This document shows positions 50,163-59,635 of a DNA stretch of 64,000 nucleotides, piece after piece. Each line of letters begins with the position of its first letter. Positions within the stretch are counted from its first letter, which is position 1. The notes under the pieces are model-generated. The model was not told where the DNA came from. It made no database searches and saw nothing but the letters and a program-made list of their open reading frames with translations. The DNA comes from an uncultured Verrucomicrobiae bacterium. Lineage in GTDB: Bacteria; Verrucomicrobiota; Verrucomicrobiia; Limisphaerales; Palsa-1400. The stretch covers positions 2,752,001-2,816,000 of the forward strand of contig CAVXRD010000002.1 of the NCBI GenBank assembly GCA_963764165.1. The letters run 5' to 3'. Position numbers and translations under genes: made by a program.

Positions 50163-52031
50163 TTACCGCGTCAGCATCAAGTAAAGCGCAAGAGCAATTC
50201 CCGCGGCCGTGAGCAGCGTGTAGGTCTGCAGCCGGCCCGATTGAAACAGGCGCAGCATGCGGCCTGTCCATTCGGTTGTGCCGTGCGCGAAGCGGACGAA
50301 AAATTGAATGAACTGATCCAGATAGTTGATGTACTGCGCTGGGAGGTCATGGCACAGCGCGACGATTTCCGCGTAAAGTTCGTCAAAATAGAATTTGTTC
50401 CGAAGCACTTTGCTCAGGCCGGGCAGATTATTGGCGATGGGATCGGTGGGCGCATTGCCGTAAATCGCGTAGGCGATCGCGATTCCGACGACAAATGCCA
50501 CCAGTCCCAAAACGGCCGGAATCGGCGCGTCCGTGAACGGCTTGACGATCGTGGAGAGCGCGAAGAATGGAATCGCTTTCGCCTCCGGTTCGAATTGTTG
50601 AGACAGGAATTGTTCGATGCCGATGAAACCACCGATCAGGGACAGGATCGACAAAGCCGTCAGCGGATACGCGATGAGCCGGGATTTTTTCGGATGCCGC
50701 TTTTCCGCGGCCACCGCGGTTCGCGGCTTTCCCCAGAAGACGACGAAGCACAGGCGGAACATATAAAATGTGGTCAGGAAGGCCGTGAACAAGCCCACGC
50801 CGAATAGAACTTTGTTATTCTCCCAAGCCGCCGTCAAAATTGCGTCCTTGCTGTAAAATCCGCTAAAGCCGGGAAATCCGCATAGAGCCAATGTTCCAAT
50901 AAGGAACACGCGGAAGGTTAGTGGAATTTTGTCGCGCAACTCGCCCATCGTCCAAATGTTTTGTTCGTGGTGCATGGCATGAATCACCGCACCGGAAGAA
51001 AGGAACAGGAGCGCCTTGAAGAACGCGTGCGTTGTCAAATGAAACATCGCCGCCGGGCGGGCGTCGAAGCCGACCGCCATGATCATGTAGCCCAATTGCG
51101 AAAGCGTCGAGTAAGCGAGGATGCGCTTGATGTCGTCCTGCTGAATCGCGATTAGCGCCGCCATCAGCGCCGTGATGCCGCCAATCCAGGAAATGATGTG
51201 CAGCGCGTGGGCCGAACCCGTCAAGACGAAGAATACCCGGCACAGCATATATACACCCGCCGCGACCATCGTCGCCGCGTGGATGAGGGCGCTGACCGGG
51301 GTCGGGCCTTCCATCGCGTCCGGCAGCCAGACGTGCAGCGGAAATTGGGCGGATTTTCCAACCGCTCCGCAGAAAACCAGAAGCGCCACGACAGTCCCGA
51401 TGCTGCCCAGCACATCTGGATTGTTCAGCACTTTTCCCTGCATGATTGCAAAATTCAGGGTGCCCGTCAGCGACCAAGCCATAATGATGCCGATCATGAA
51501 TCCAAAATCGCCGAGACGATTGCACAGAAAGGCTTTCTTGGCCGCATCCGCCGCCGCTGGCCGGGTGAACCAGAAACCAATCAGCAGATAGCTGGAGACG
51601 CCGACTAATTCCCAGAAGACGAACATCATGAAAAAGTTCGCGCTGACCACAATTCCCAGCATCGAAAACGTGAATAAACTCAGGCACGCGAAATATCTGG
51701 TGAATCCCGGGTCGCCCATCATGTACACAATGGAATACATGTGAATCAGGGAGCCAATGCCTGTGACGACGAGGAGCATGATCATCGTGAGCACATCGAA
51801 GTGCATCGAAAATCGGATTCTGAGCGCCCCAACTGTGCACCATTCCAGCGCGCCGTCCGGGTTGCCGCCCTCGAGAAATTCGGCCAGAAGGCAGCATGCC
51901 ACCACGAAAGACAGCAGAATCGCGCCGCAGGATATGATGCCCGCCAGACGATTGTCGCGGCGGAAGAAAAGCACAATTAGCAACGCTGAAGCCAGCGGCG
52001 CAAATAGCATGATCCATGGTAGAGGGTTCAT
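50163..52031 (-). CDS. nuoL: NADH-quinone oxidoreductase subunit L
   Basis: WELVG, GKSAQFPLHVWLPDAMEGPTPVSALIHAATM. Confidence 0.96.
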   Translation of the reverse strand: MNPLPWIMLFAPLASALLIVLFFRRDNRLAGIISCGAILLSFVVACCLLAEFLEGGNPDGALEWCTVGALRIRFSMHFDVLTMIMLLVVTGIGSLIHMYSIVYMMGDPGFTRYFACLSLFTFSMLGIVVSANFFMMFVFWELVGVSSYLLIGFWFTRPAAADAAKKAFLCNRLGDFGFMIGIIMAWSLTGTLNFAIMQGKVLNNPDVLGSIGTVVALLVFCGAVGKSAQFPLHVWLPDAMEGPTPVSALIHAATMVAAGVYMLCRVFFVLTGSAHALHIISWIGGITALMAALIAIQQDDIKRILAYSTLSQLGYMIMAVGFDARPAAMFHLTTHAFFKALLFLSSGAVIHAMHHEQNIWTMGELRDKIPLTFRVFLIGTLALCGFPGFSGFYSKDAILTAAWENNKVLFGVGLFTAFLTTFYMFRLCFVVFWGKPRTAVAAEKRHPKKSRLIAYPLTALSILSLIGGFIGIEQFLSQQFEPEAKAIPFFALSTIVKPFTDAPIPAVLGLVAFVVGIAIAYAIYGNAPTDPIANNLPGLSKVLRNKFYFDELYAEIVALCHDLPAQYINYLDQFIQFFVRFAHGTTEWTGRMLRLFQSGRLQTYTLLTAAGIALALYLMLTR

Positions 52032-52032
52032 G

Positions 52033-52341
52033 TCAGTATTTCAGCGAGGACAAATCCTCCACATGCGTGGTGTGCCGGCGGCGGTAGAGCGCCACGATCA
52101 ATGCGAGGCCAACAGCGACTTCAGAAGCAGCCACGGTGATAATAAAAAAGACAATGATCTGCCCGTTCAGATTGTTGTTGAAACGCGAAAATGCGGTTAG
52201 CGCAAGGTTTGCCGCGTTCAGCATCAATTCCAATGACATGTAAATGACCAGCACATTTCTCCGCACAATCACCCCGAGCAGCCCGAGGCAAAACAGCAGG
52301 ACGCTGACAACCAAATAATGTTCCAATCCAATCGGCGTCAT
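52033..52341 (-). CDS. nuoK: NADH-quinone oxidoreductase subunit K
   Basis: ELMLNAANL, AASEVAVGLA. Confidence 0.95.
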   Translation of the reverse strand: MTPIGLEHYLVVSVLLFCLGLLGVIVRRNVLVIYMSLELMLNAANLALTAFSRFNNNLNGQIIVFFIITVAASEVAVGLALIVALYRRRHTTHVEDLSSLKY

Positions 52342-52841
52342 CGGAGGTCCTTTTTGCTCAGGAGCACCGTGCCGATGACGGCGACAAGCAATATCAGCGA
52401 CACCAATTCAAAGGGCAGCGCGTATTGCGTAAAAAGATTTTTCCCCAACGCGACCGTTGAGCCTTCCACATTGGCCGTGGGCAAATTGACTCCGAAATTC
52501 GCGCCGTGAATTGCCGTCACGGCCAAATACGCAATGGCCCCAACAGCCACCAACGCCAAAACCGCAACCGCTGAATTAATCTTGCGCCGCTCCTCTTCCT
52601 TGAGATCCAGCAGCATGATGACGAAAAGGAACAGCACCATCACCGCGCCCGCGTAAACGAGGATTTGCACCGCCGCCAGGAAGAACGCGTGCAGCAGGAC
52701 AAACAGCCCCGCCATGAAAACAATGGTCAGCACGAGAAACATCGCGCTGGTGATCGGGTTGCGGGTAAATGGATTCGCAATCACCAGCACCCCGCAAAGC
52801 AGGGTCAGCGCCGCAAAAAGATAGAAGAAAAACGGCTCCAT
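52338..52841 (-). CDS. nuoJ: NADH-quinone oxidoreductase subunit J
   Basis: QILVYAGAVMVLFLFVIMLL, PFELVS. Confidence 0.95.
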   Translation of the reverse strand: MEPFFFYLFAALTLLCGVLVIANPFTRNPITSAMFLVLTIVFMAGLFVLLHAFFLAAVQILVYAGAVMVLFLFVIMLLDLKEEERRKINSAVAVLALVAVGAIAYLAVTAIHGANFGVNLPTANVEGSTVALGKNLFTQYALPFELVSLILLVAVIGTVLLSKKDLR

Positions 52842-53342
52842 CTACTTGTGCTTCCACTTCCAGACTTGGTCGTTGTGGACGCCTCCCATCGCGAGAAGTT
52901 TATCCTTGTCGTAAACCATTTCCTCGCGGGTCAGGCCCGTCAGCGAATAATCCTTCAGCAGAAAAATCGCTTCCTCCGGGCAAACCTCCTGGCAGAAGCC
53001 GCAAAAGATGCAGCGCAGCATGTCGATTTTGAATTGCTTGGGCGCCTTTTCCACATTCCCCGCTTCCGGCGAGCCTTGCGGGCCCGGGGGCGTGATTCGA
53101 ATGGCCTTGGGTGGGCAGATAAATTCACAAAGCTGGCACGAGACGCATTTGGTGCGGCCCTCGGGATCCTTCACGAGATAGGGCGCGCCGCGATAGCCTT
53201 CCGGCACCTTCCACTTCTCCTCCGGATATTGCATCGTGACCTTCTTCTGGAAGAAGTGCCGCACAGTCACGCGCAAGCCCGCAAGCACGGCTGGAAAATA
53301 CAGCCGTTCCCAAAGACTCATTTTTGTTCTTTTGACAATCAT
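52842..53342 (-). CDS. nuoI: NADH-quinone oxidoreductase subunit I
   Basis: CVSCQLCEFICP and CIFCGFCQEVCP. Confidence 0.95.
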   Translation of the reverse strand: MIVKRTKMSLWERLYFPAVLAGLRVTVRHFFQKKVTMQYPEEKWKVPEGYRGAPYLVKDPEGRTKCVSCQLCEFICPPKAIRITPPGPQGSPEAGNVEKAPKQFKIDMLRCIFCGFCQEVCPEEAIFLLKDYSLTGLTREEMVYDKDKLLAMGGVHNDQVWKWKHK

Positions 53343-53354
53343 CTTGCAAACCTG

Positions 53355-54401
53355 TCAGTGCTTGTGCATTTCCCACAAGCACAACGCCAGTACCGTGGCT
53401 GCGATATTGACGAGCGCCAGCGGCAGAAACCGCCGCCAGCCCAAATCCATCAATTGATCATACCGGAAGCGCGGCCACATCCAGCGCACCCAGATAAACG
53501 CGAACATCAGCGCCCCCACTTTCGCCATGAAGATGACGATATGGACAATGCCCATTAAAATCGTATTTGCCGGCATGCTCACTCCCGGCAGCGTCCAACC
53601 GCCCAGGAACAATGTCACCATCATGGCCGAGGCGGCGATCATGTTGGCGTACTCTCCCATGAAGAAAAGCGCGAATTTCATCGAGCTGTATTCCGTGTGA
53701 TAGCCGCCGACCAGTTCCTGCTCGGATTCCGGCAAATCGAACGGCAGCCGGTTTGTCTCCGCGAAAGCCGAGATGACAAAGATAACAAACGAGATCGGCG
53801 CGAAAATTATCAGCCAGCAGTGATGCGCCTGAAATTCAATGATGTGGCTTAGATTCAAATCGCCCACGATCAGAAACACGGGAATGACGGACATCCCCAT
53901 CGCAATTTCGTAGGAAATCATCTGCGCGCTGGAGCGGATGCCGCCAAGGAACGAATATTTGTTATTGGAAGCGTAACCCGCGAGGACAATTCCATACACG
54001 CCGAGTGAAATGATGCCGAAGGTGTAAAGAATGCCCACGTCCAGATTGGCGATGACCATTTGATAGCCGCCAAGCTGCGATCCAAACGGAATCACCGCCA
54101 GCACCACCAGCGCCGGAATCATGGTCACCATCGGAGCCAGCCAGAAGTATATTTTGTGAACATGCGCCGGAACGAAATCCTCTTTCAGAAATGTTTTCAC
54201 ACCGTCCGCGAGCGGTTGCAAAAATCCGAAGAACCCGACGCGATTTGGCCCGATGCGGTCCTGAATCATTGCCGACACTTTGCGTTCCGCCAGCACCGAG
54301 TAGGCGACGGCAGGCATCACGACGGCAAAGACGCAGAGTACCTTGATCGCGCTGACGATCAGGAATTTCTCGGTCTCTGTTAGATGGTTGAACCAAGTCA
54401 T
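53355..54401 (-). CDS. nuoH: NADH-quinone oxidoreductase subunit H
   Basis: QDRIGPNRVG, ETNRLPFDLPE, PRFRYDQLM. Confidence 0.96.
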   Translation of the reverse strand: MTWFNHLTETEKFLIVSAIKVLCVFAVVMPAVAYSVLAERKVSAMIQDRIGPNRVGFFGFLQPLADGVKTFLKEDFVPAHVHKIYFWLAPMVTMIPALVVLAVIPFGSQLGGYQMVIANLDVGILYTFGIISLGVYGIVLAGYASNNKYSFLGGIRSSAQMISYEIAMGMSVIPVFLIVGDLNLSHIIEFQAHHCWLIIFAPISFVIFVISAFAETNRLPFDLPESEQELVGGYHTEYSSMKFALFFMGEYANMIAASAMMVTLFLGGWTLPGVSMPANTILMGIVHIVIFMAKVGALMFAFIWVRWMWPRFRYDQLMDLGWRRFLPLALVNIAATVLALCLWEMHKH

Positions 54402-54415
54402 GTCGCTTTCAAAAA

Positions 54416-56155
54416 TTAGATCGTCACCGTGACACCCAAGTCACCCAGCCCGGCCCAGGTGACGCCGGCAAAGGCGGGCACTTCCGCCGCCATTTGATTA
54501 AACAATCCTTCGATGCTGGAAAAGCCATTTGATCCCGCAACGTTCCGGGTCAGCTCTTGCAGAACTTCCCACTCCGGCCGCGAATCGCCCTTGGGCTGGA
54601 TGTTCTGGAAGAAACGCTGCACCCGCCCTTTGGTGTTGACGAAGCTGCCGCGCTTTTCCGCGTGGGCGCAACCGGGCAGCAAGTAATGCGCGCGGGCCGT
54701 TGTTTTGTTCGGCAGAATATCACTGACAATCAAAGTGTCTAATTTCGCCAGCAAATCTTCGCCAATGCCAACCTTTGTGACATCCTCGCCGAAGACGATC
54801 AACGTCTTGATTTTTCCTTCCGCGATTCCGGCGGCGATTTTCGCCAGATTGGATCCGATGGGCTGCGCCGCAATCCCGATCAAGCGCGAGCCAGTCGCGT
54901 TCGGATTGCGATCAGCATTGAGCAGAAGCTTGTCGGCTTCGCCTGTGCGCGGAACGGAGTCGGTGATGGCTTCGAGTTTTGCCGCAATTTTCTTGAGCAA
55001 ATAAAGTTCTTCGTTCGTTTGGCGAGCGGAGGCGACGATGGCGGTCGTTCCCGGTTTCGTGGCCGCCAAAGTTTCCGTGATGGTGGCGAGCGTTCTCACC
55101 CACGTGGCTTTGCCGCCCGCCGCGTCCACTTTCGATCCTTGGATGAGAATCAGGCGTTCCGGGCTGTTGATCCACTTGTAATTCAGGCGGCCGTAATCGC
55201 ACATCCAGCAGGAATTGACGGCGGCGTTTTCGCGGGGCTCGTAGCGATACACCTTGTCCTCGCGCGAGCCGATGACAATGTTGCATCCGGTGGCGCAGCT
55301 TGTGCAGACGCTCTTGCTCTCCTTGAGGAACCACACGCGCATCTGGAAACGGAAATCGCGCGACGTCAGCGCGCCGACCGGGCAGAGGTCGACCGTGTTG
55401 AGCGTGTAGTTGTTGTCAAATTTCTTCCAGGGATAACGCGTCAAGGTGCTGAGGCTGCCGCGCTCGGAAAAACCGAGGGCATCGTCACCCGCGATGTCGC
55501 GCGAGAAACGAATGCAGCGCGAACAGAGAATGCAGCGTTCGTCGTCAAGAACAACGCGCGGCCCGAGATCGACTTGCTTGGGTTTGTGAACTTTTTCTTC
55601 GACAAAGCGGCTGGCCGATTTTCCATAGTCAACCGAATATTCCTGCAGTTTGCATTCACCGGCCTGATCGCAAATGGGACAATCGAGCGGGTGATTGATA
55701 AGAAGCGATTCCAAAACCGCCTCGCGCATCTGCTTGGTGGCAGGCGAGGACGGGTAAATTTCCATGCCCGGCGAAATCGGCGTGGCGCAGGCGATGGCGC
55801 CGCGCGGCGTGCCGGGTTCGTAAGGCAGAACGGAACGGGCAATTTTCGGCGTGCCGTCGGGATTGAGCACCGGCTTGCGATCCGGCCCGACCATCGGCGT
55901 GCCGAACTCGACGAGGCACATGCGGCAATTTCCCGCGACGGGCAATTTCGGATGATAGCAATAATGCGGAACTTCAACGCCAGCCAGGGCGCACGCTTGC
56001 AGCATCGTGGTGGCGGCGGTCTTGCCATTCCAATCCGGCATCGTCTTCGGCACATCGATTTCGCGGCCATCGACTTTGACCTTGATGGTCTCCACCGGCG
56101 GCGGCGCTGCTGGCGCTGGCGCTTGTTTGGTTTCAGTTGTCGTTTCGTTCGGCAT
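54416..56155 (-). CDS. nuoG: NADH-quinone oxidoreductase subunit G (short form)
   Basis: PHYCYH, GNCRMC, NHPLDCPICDQAGEC, CILCSRC, CTSCATGC. Confidence 0.93.
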   Translation of the reverse strand: MPNETTTETKQAPAPAAPPPVETIKVKVDGREIDVPKTMPDWNGKTAATTMLQACALAGVEVPHYCYHPKLPVAGNCRMCLVEFGTPMVGPDRKPVLNPDGTPKIARSVLPYEPGTPRGAIACATPISPGMEIYPSSPATKQMREAVLESLLINHPLDCPICDQAGECKLQEYSVDYGKSASRFVEEKVHKPKQVDLGPRVVLDDERCILCSRCIRFSRDIAGDDALGFSERGSLSTLTRYPWKKFDNNYTLNTVDLCPVGALTSRDFRFQMRVWFLKESKSVCTSCATGCNIVIGSREDKVYRYEPRENAAVNSCWMCDYGRLNYKWINSPERLILIQGSKVDAAGGKATWVRTLATITETLAATKPGTTAIVASARQTNEELYLLKKIAAKLEAITDSVPRTGEADKLLLNADRNPNATGSRLIGIAAQPIGSNLAKIAAGIAEGKIKTLIVFGEDVTKVGIGEDLLAKLDTLIVSDILPNKTTARAHYLLPGCAHAEKRGSFVNTKGRVQRFFQNIQPKGDSRPEWEVLQELTRNVAGSNGFSSIEGLFNQMAAEVPAFAGVTWAGLGDLGVTVTI

Positions 56156-56157
56156 AC

Positions 56158-56871
56158 TCAGGAATTGGCCAATTTTTTGACGAAAGCCTTGTGTCCCGCG
56201 CTTTTTAGTCCTTGATTAAGTGTGCGAAAAACATCGGCCCGGTTTTTCCCTGCCAAAAGCGCCCGAGCATTCAACCACAAGCCAGGAAAAACTTTGCTGC
56301 AAATAGCAGAGTCACGTTGACGCGAAACTAACGGGACATATTCTCCATCTTCCAACGAAAACCAATGCAGGCGGGCGTCCATCACTTCCCAAACGATGTA
56401 TTCTTGAACTAGATTTCGCTGATACACCGCTTTCTTTTCGTGCAAGTCGTAGGCGTGAGTGCTCAACGCAACTTCTGCCACGAGTTCGGGGCGGCCTTCG
56501 AGGAGTCCGCTTGATCCGGCTTTCATCCGAGCCAACGAACCCGTCTCGATCCAGAGCACGACATCTGGCTGATATTCGTTTTTTCCGTCCAGCCGCACCG
56601 AGACGTTTCCTGCGCACGCCGTGTGAGGTGTTGCATCTGCATAATCCCCAAGAAGCCGCTCAAGCAGGTTGGTGGATTTTCCATGATCGGCACTGATGGG
56701 TGGCGACATAACGACAACTCCCTCTATCAACTCCGCCTTTCGGTCGTCCTGCATGACTTCGTAGCGGCGTTCGAATTCCGGCACGCTCAAGTGATCTCCA
56801 TTCAACAAAAGCGGGATGGCCGAACGTTGCGCCGTTCGGATCCGATTTTGACTTTGTGAGGAGGCTCTCAC
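56158..56871 (-). CDS. Uma2 (DUF820) PD-(D/E)xK endonuclease, copy 2
   Basis: AELIEGVV, YQPD, PELVAEVA, EKKAVY, EYIVW, FPGLWL; GTGA-coupled to copy 1. Confidence 0.9.
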   Translation of the reverse strand: MRASSQSQNRIRTAQRSAIPLLLNGDHLSVPEFERRYEVMQDDRKAELIEGVVVMSPPISADHGKSTNLLERLLGDYADATPHTACAGNVSVRLDGKNEYQPDVVLWIETGSLARMKAGSSGLLEGRPELVAEVALSTHAYDLHEKKAVYQRNLVQEYIVWEVMDARLHWFSLEDGEYVPLVSRQRDSAICSKVFPGLWLNARALLAGKNRADVFRTLNQGLKSAGHKAFVKKLANS

Positions 56872-57578
56872 GAAATTTTATGCACAAAGGCTTTGTGTTC
56901 CGCGCTCTTCAGGCCGCGATCAAGCGTCCGGCGCACTTCACCGGAGGAACCTTGCCCCCTCAGGAGAGCCGCGGTATCGATCCACAAGCCAGGGAAAGCT
57001 TTACTGCAAATGATCGAACCCCGGCGGCGGGGGGGCAGCGAAACATATTCTCCGTCCTCGAGGGAAAACCAATGCAGCCGTGCGTCCATTACCTCCCAGA
57101 CGATGTATTCAGGAATTTGATTCCGTTGATAGACGGCCTTCTTCTCGTGCAAATCGTAAGCATGACTGCTCAGTGCAATTTCCGCCACGAGTCCCGGCCG
57201 GCCTTCCAAAATTCCATCTGATGCAGTCTTAGTTTGAGCAAAGCTGCCTTTCGCAATGCGAAGCATCAAATCCGGTTGATACTCGTTTCTTCCATCCAAA
57301 CGCAAAGATGGATTTATAGAATAAATAACGTTTGGAGTCGCCCATGCATAATGGCTGAAAAGTGATCCTAGCGAACCGTCGGAATCTGCGTGTTCAATGC
57401 TGATTGGTGGCGACATAACGACAACTCCCTCTATTAGTTCCGCTTTGCCGTCACCTTCCATGACTTCATAGCGGCGCTCGAATTCCGGGACGCTAAGATG
57501 ATCCCCGTTCAACAAAAGCGGGATTGCCGGGCGCTGTGGCGTCCGGTTCCGATTTTGATTTGGAAAAGAAGCTCTCAC
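56868..57578 (-). CDS. Uma2 (DUF820) endonuclease, copy 1
   Basis: GTG at 57578 overlaps the nuoF stop; same motifs as copy 2. Confidence 0.9.
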   Translation of the reverse strand: MRASFPNQNRNRTPQRPAIPLLLNGDHLSVPEFERRYEVMEGDGKAELIEGVVVMSPPISIEHADSDGSLGSLFSHYAWATPNVIYSINPSLRLDGRNEYQPDLMLRIAKGSFAQTKTASDGILEGRPGLVAEIALSSHAYDLHEKKAVYQRNQIPEYIVWEVMDARLHWFSLEDGEYVSLPPRRRGSIICSKAFPGLWIDTAALLRGQGSSGEVRRTLDRGLKSAEHKAFVHKIS

Positions 57579-59008
57579 GGATTTGGGCTTGGGCTGGCCG
57601 CGATTTTCATGCTGTTCGAGGGGCCGGCTGAGGCGTTCTTCGCTTCGTCGGCTGCGCCGCGGGCTTCGAATTCGTCTTTGAATTTGTTGACGAAACTCAG
57701 CACCGGCCAGGCGCAGGCTTCGCCAAAGGCGCAGATGGTGCGGCCTTGAATATTTTGCGCGGTGTTGAGGACGTAATTGGCGTCCTGCTTGCGTCCGTGT
57801 CCGTGGGTCATTCGGTGCAATGCTTTGGACAGCCACAGCGAACCCTCGCGGCACGGCGTGCATTGGCCGCAGCTTTCGTGCGCGTAGAATTCCGAAAGAT
57901 TCGCCAGCGCGGCCACGATGTCCGTGGTGTCGTCCATCACGATAATCGCGCCAGAGCCTGACATGCTGCCCGCCTGCTGCAGCGAATCAAAATCATACGG
58001 CAAATCCAGCATGTCGACGTCCACCGTGGTCGGCTGGCCGTCGGGGCCTTTGCGTTTCATTTTGAATTTTTCGCCCGCCTTGAAAACCTTCGCTGATGAA
58101 CCGCCGGGGATGACGGCTTTCAACGTGCGCCCGTCGCGCAATCCGCCCCCGAAATTCTCATGGAAAATCATTTCACCGAGTGTCGCCTTGCCGACCTCAA
58201 CTTCGTAATACCCAGGCTTCTTGACGTGGCCGCTGACGCTGACGATGCGCGTGCCCGTGTTGTTGGGCGTGCCGAGCTTGGCGTAATTTGCGCCGCCCAT
58301 CAGCATGATGTGTTTGACAGTCGCGAGCGTCTCGACGTTGTTGACAATTGTCGGGCACTGGTAAAGCCCGAGCACAGCAGGAAAGTATGGTGGCTTGATG
58401 CGCGGATAGGCGCGCTTGCCTTCCAGCGATTCAATCAATCCCGTTTCCTCGCCGCAAATGTAAGCGCCGGCGCCGCGATGGACGTGAATTTCGAGATCGA
58501 AGCCGCTGCCCAGAATGTTTTTCCCGAGGAAATTGGCCTTGCGCGCTTCGGCGAGGGCCCGATTGAGAATTTTCGCCCCGCCCGTCATTTCGCCGCGAAT
58601 GTAAATGTAGGCGAGGTGAACATCGTTGGCGAAGCACGAGATGATCATGCCTTCGATCAATTGATGCGGATCTTTGTAAATGATCTGGCGGTCCTTAAAC
58701 GTGCCGGGCTCGGATTCATCCGCGTTGCAAATGAGGTAAATCGGCTTGTTGCTGCGGCGGTCGACGAACGACCATTTCAATCCGCACGAAAAACCCGCGC
58801 CGCCGCGCCCGCGCAAGCCGGAGATTTTCACCTCTTCGCGGATTTGCTCCTGGGCGGTCATTTTTTTGCCGTCCGGCAAGTCCTTCGCGGGCATGGCGAG
58901 AGCTTTTTTCAAAGCCTCGTAGCCACCATTGCGCAGGTAGCAATCCATGTCCGGCGTGTAACCGGGCTGGTCAGCGAATTTTAAAATTAGCCTATATTCC
59001 TGCGGCAT
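57575..59008 (-). CDS. nuoF: NADH-quinone oxidoreductase subunit F
   Basis: GLRGRGGAGF, NADESEPG, GAGAYICGEETG, HESCGQCTPCREG. Confidence 0.97.
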   Translation of the reverse strand: MPQEYRLILKFADQPGYTPDMDCYLRNGGYEALKKALAMPAKDLPDGKKMTAQEQIREEVKISGLRGRGGAGFSCGLKWSFVDRRSNKPIYLICNADESEPGTFKDRQIIYKDPHQLIEGMIISCFANDVHLAYIYIRGEMTGGAKILNRALAEARKANFLGKNILGSGFDLEIHVHRGAGAYICGEETGLIESLEGKRAYPRIKPPYFPAVLGLYQCPTIVNNVETLATVKHIMLMGGANYAKLGTPNNTGTRIVSVSGHVKKPGYYEVEVGKATLGEMIFHENFGGGLRDGRTLKAVIPGGSSAKVFKAGEKFKMKRKGPDGQPTTVDVDMLDLPYDFDSLQQAGSMSGSGAIIVMDDTTDIVAALANLSEFYAHESCGQCTPCREGSLWLSKALHRMTHGHGRKQDANYVLNTAQNIQGRTICAFGEACAWPVLSFVNKFKDEFEARGAADEAKNASAGPSNSMKIAASPSPNP

Positions 59009-59011
59009 ATC

Positions 59012-59050
59012 TTGACTCCACTCAAAAACCGATTAAAGTTCACCCCGCGC
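59012..59050 (+). promoter_or_regulatory. Sigma-70 promoter of tRNA-Gln
   Basis: TTGACT (59012), 16-nt spacer, TAAAGT (59034), then GC-rich discriminator CACCCCGCGC. Confidence 0.65.
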
Positions 59051-59053
59051 TTT

Positions 59054-59127
59054 TGCCCGATGGTGTAACGGTAGCACAGCAGACTCTGAATCTGCTTGTC
59101 ATGGTTCAAATCCATGTCGGGCAGCCA
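59054..59127 (+). tRNA. tRNA-Gln (anticodon CUG)
   Basis: Acceptor TGCCCGA/TCGGGCA; anticodon arm GCAGA-ctCTGaa-TCTGC; T arm CATGG-TTCAAAT-CCATG; G discriminator; encoded CCA. Confidence 0.96.
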
Positions 59128-59137
59128 ACTTCATTGT

Positions 59138-59623
59138 TCACTTGAAATTCGCCACGAGTTCATCCGCCTTTTTGGTCGTGACGGCTTCGTAAAAATCGTC
59201 GTTGATCATCATGACCGGGGCGGTTCCGCAACCGGCCAGGCATTCGACAAATTCGACCGAGTATTTGCCGTCCGGCGTCGTTTGCACGCCGTGCGCCTTT
59301 TCGTCCAAACCAAGCTTGCGGCAGAGGTGCGCGCGCAATTCGGCGCTGCCACCCAGCGCGCAGCTCAACGTGCGGCAAACTTTGATCTGGCAATCGCCCG
59401 CCTTTTCCCGGCGGAACATCGGATAAAATGTGACCAATTCGTAAATGTTTATTGGCTCCAAACCGAGCTTCTTCGCGGTCCATTCCATCGCTTCCGGCGA
59501 AATGAAACCGAAATGCTCCTGGAGCGCGTGCAGATACATTAACGAGGCGCTGCGCTTCTGCGGATAATGCGTCGTTATCTCGTCGAGATCTGTTTCAAGT
59601 TGTGCGGGCACGGTAAAAGCCAT
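59138..59623 (-). CDS. nuoE: NADH-quinone oxidoreductase subunit E
   Basis: VTFYPMF, CRTLSC, ECLAGC. Confidence 0.95.
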   Translation of the reverse strand: MAFTVPAQLETDLDEITTHYPQKRSASLMYLHALQEHFGFISPEAMEWTAKKLGLEPINIYELVTFYPMFRREKAGDCQIKVCRTLSCALGGSAELRAHLCRKLGLDEKAHGVQTTPDGKYSVEFVECLAGCGTAPVMMINDDFYEAVTTKKADELVANFK

Positions 59624-59635
59624 GTTCGTTCTCCT

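Noticed and set aside
57579..57863. N-terminal extension of the 331-aa Uma2 ORF
   Set aside because: Overlaps nuoF in another frame; GTG 57578 matches the paralogue's start
59054..59127. tRNA as the integration site for the Uma2 genes
   Set aside because: No duplicated tRNA 3' end or integrase seen, and nuoF separates them
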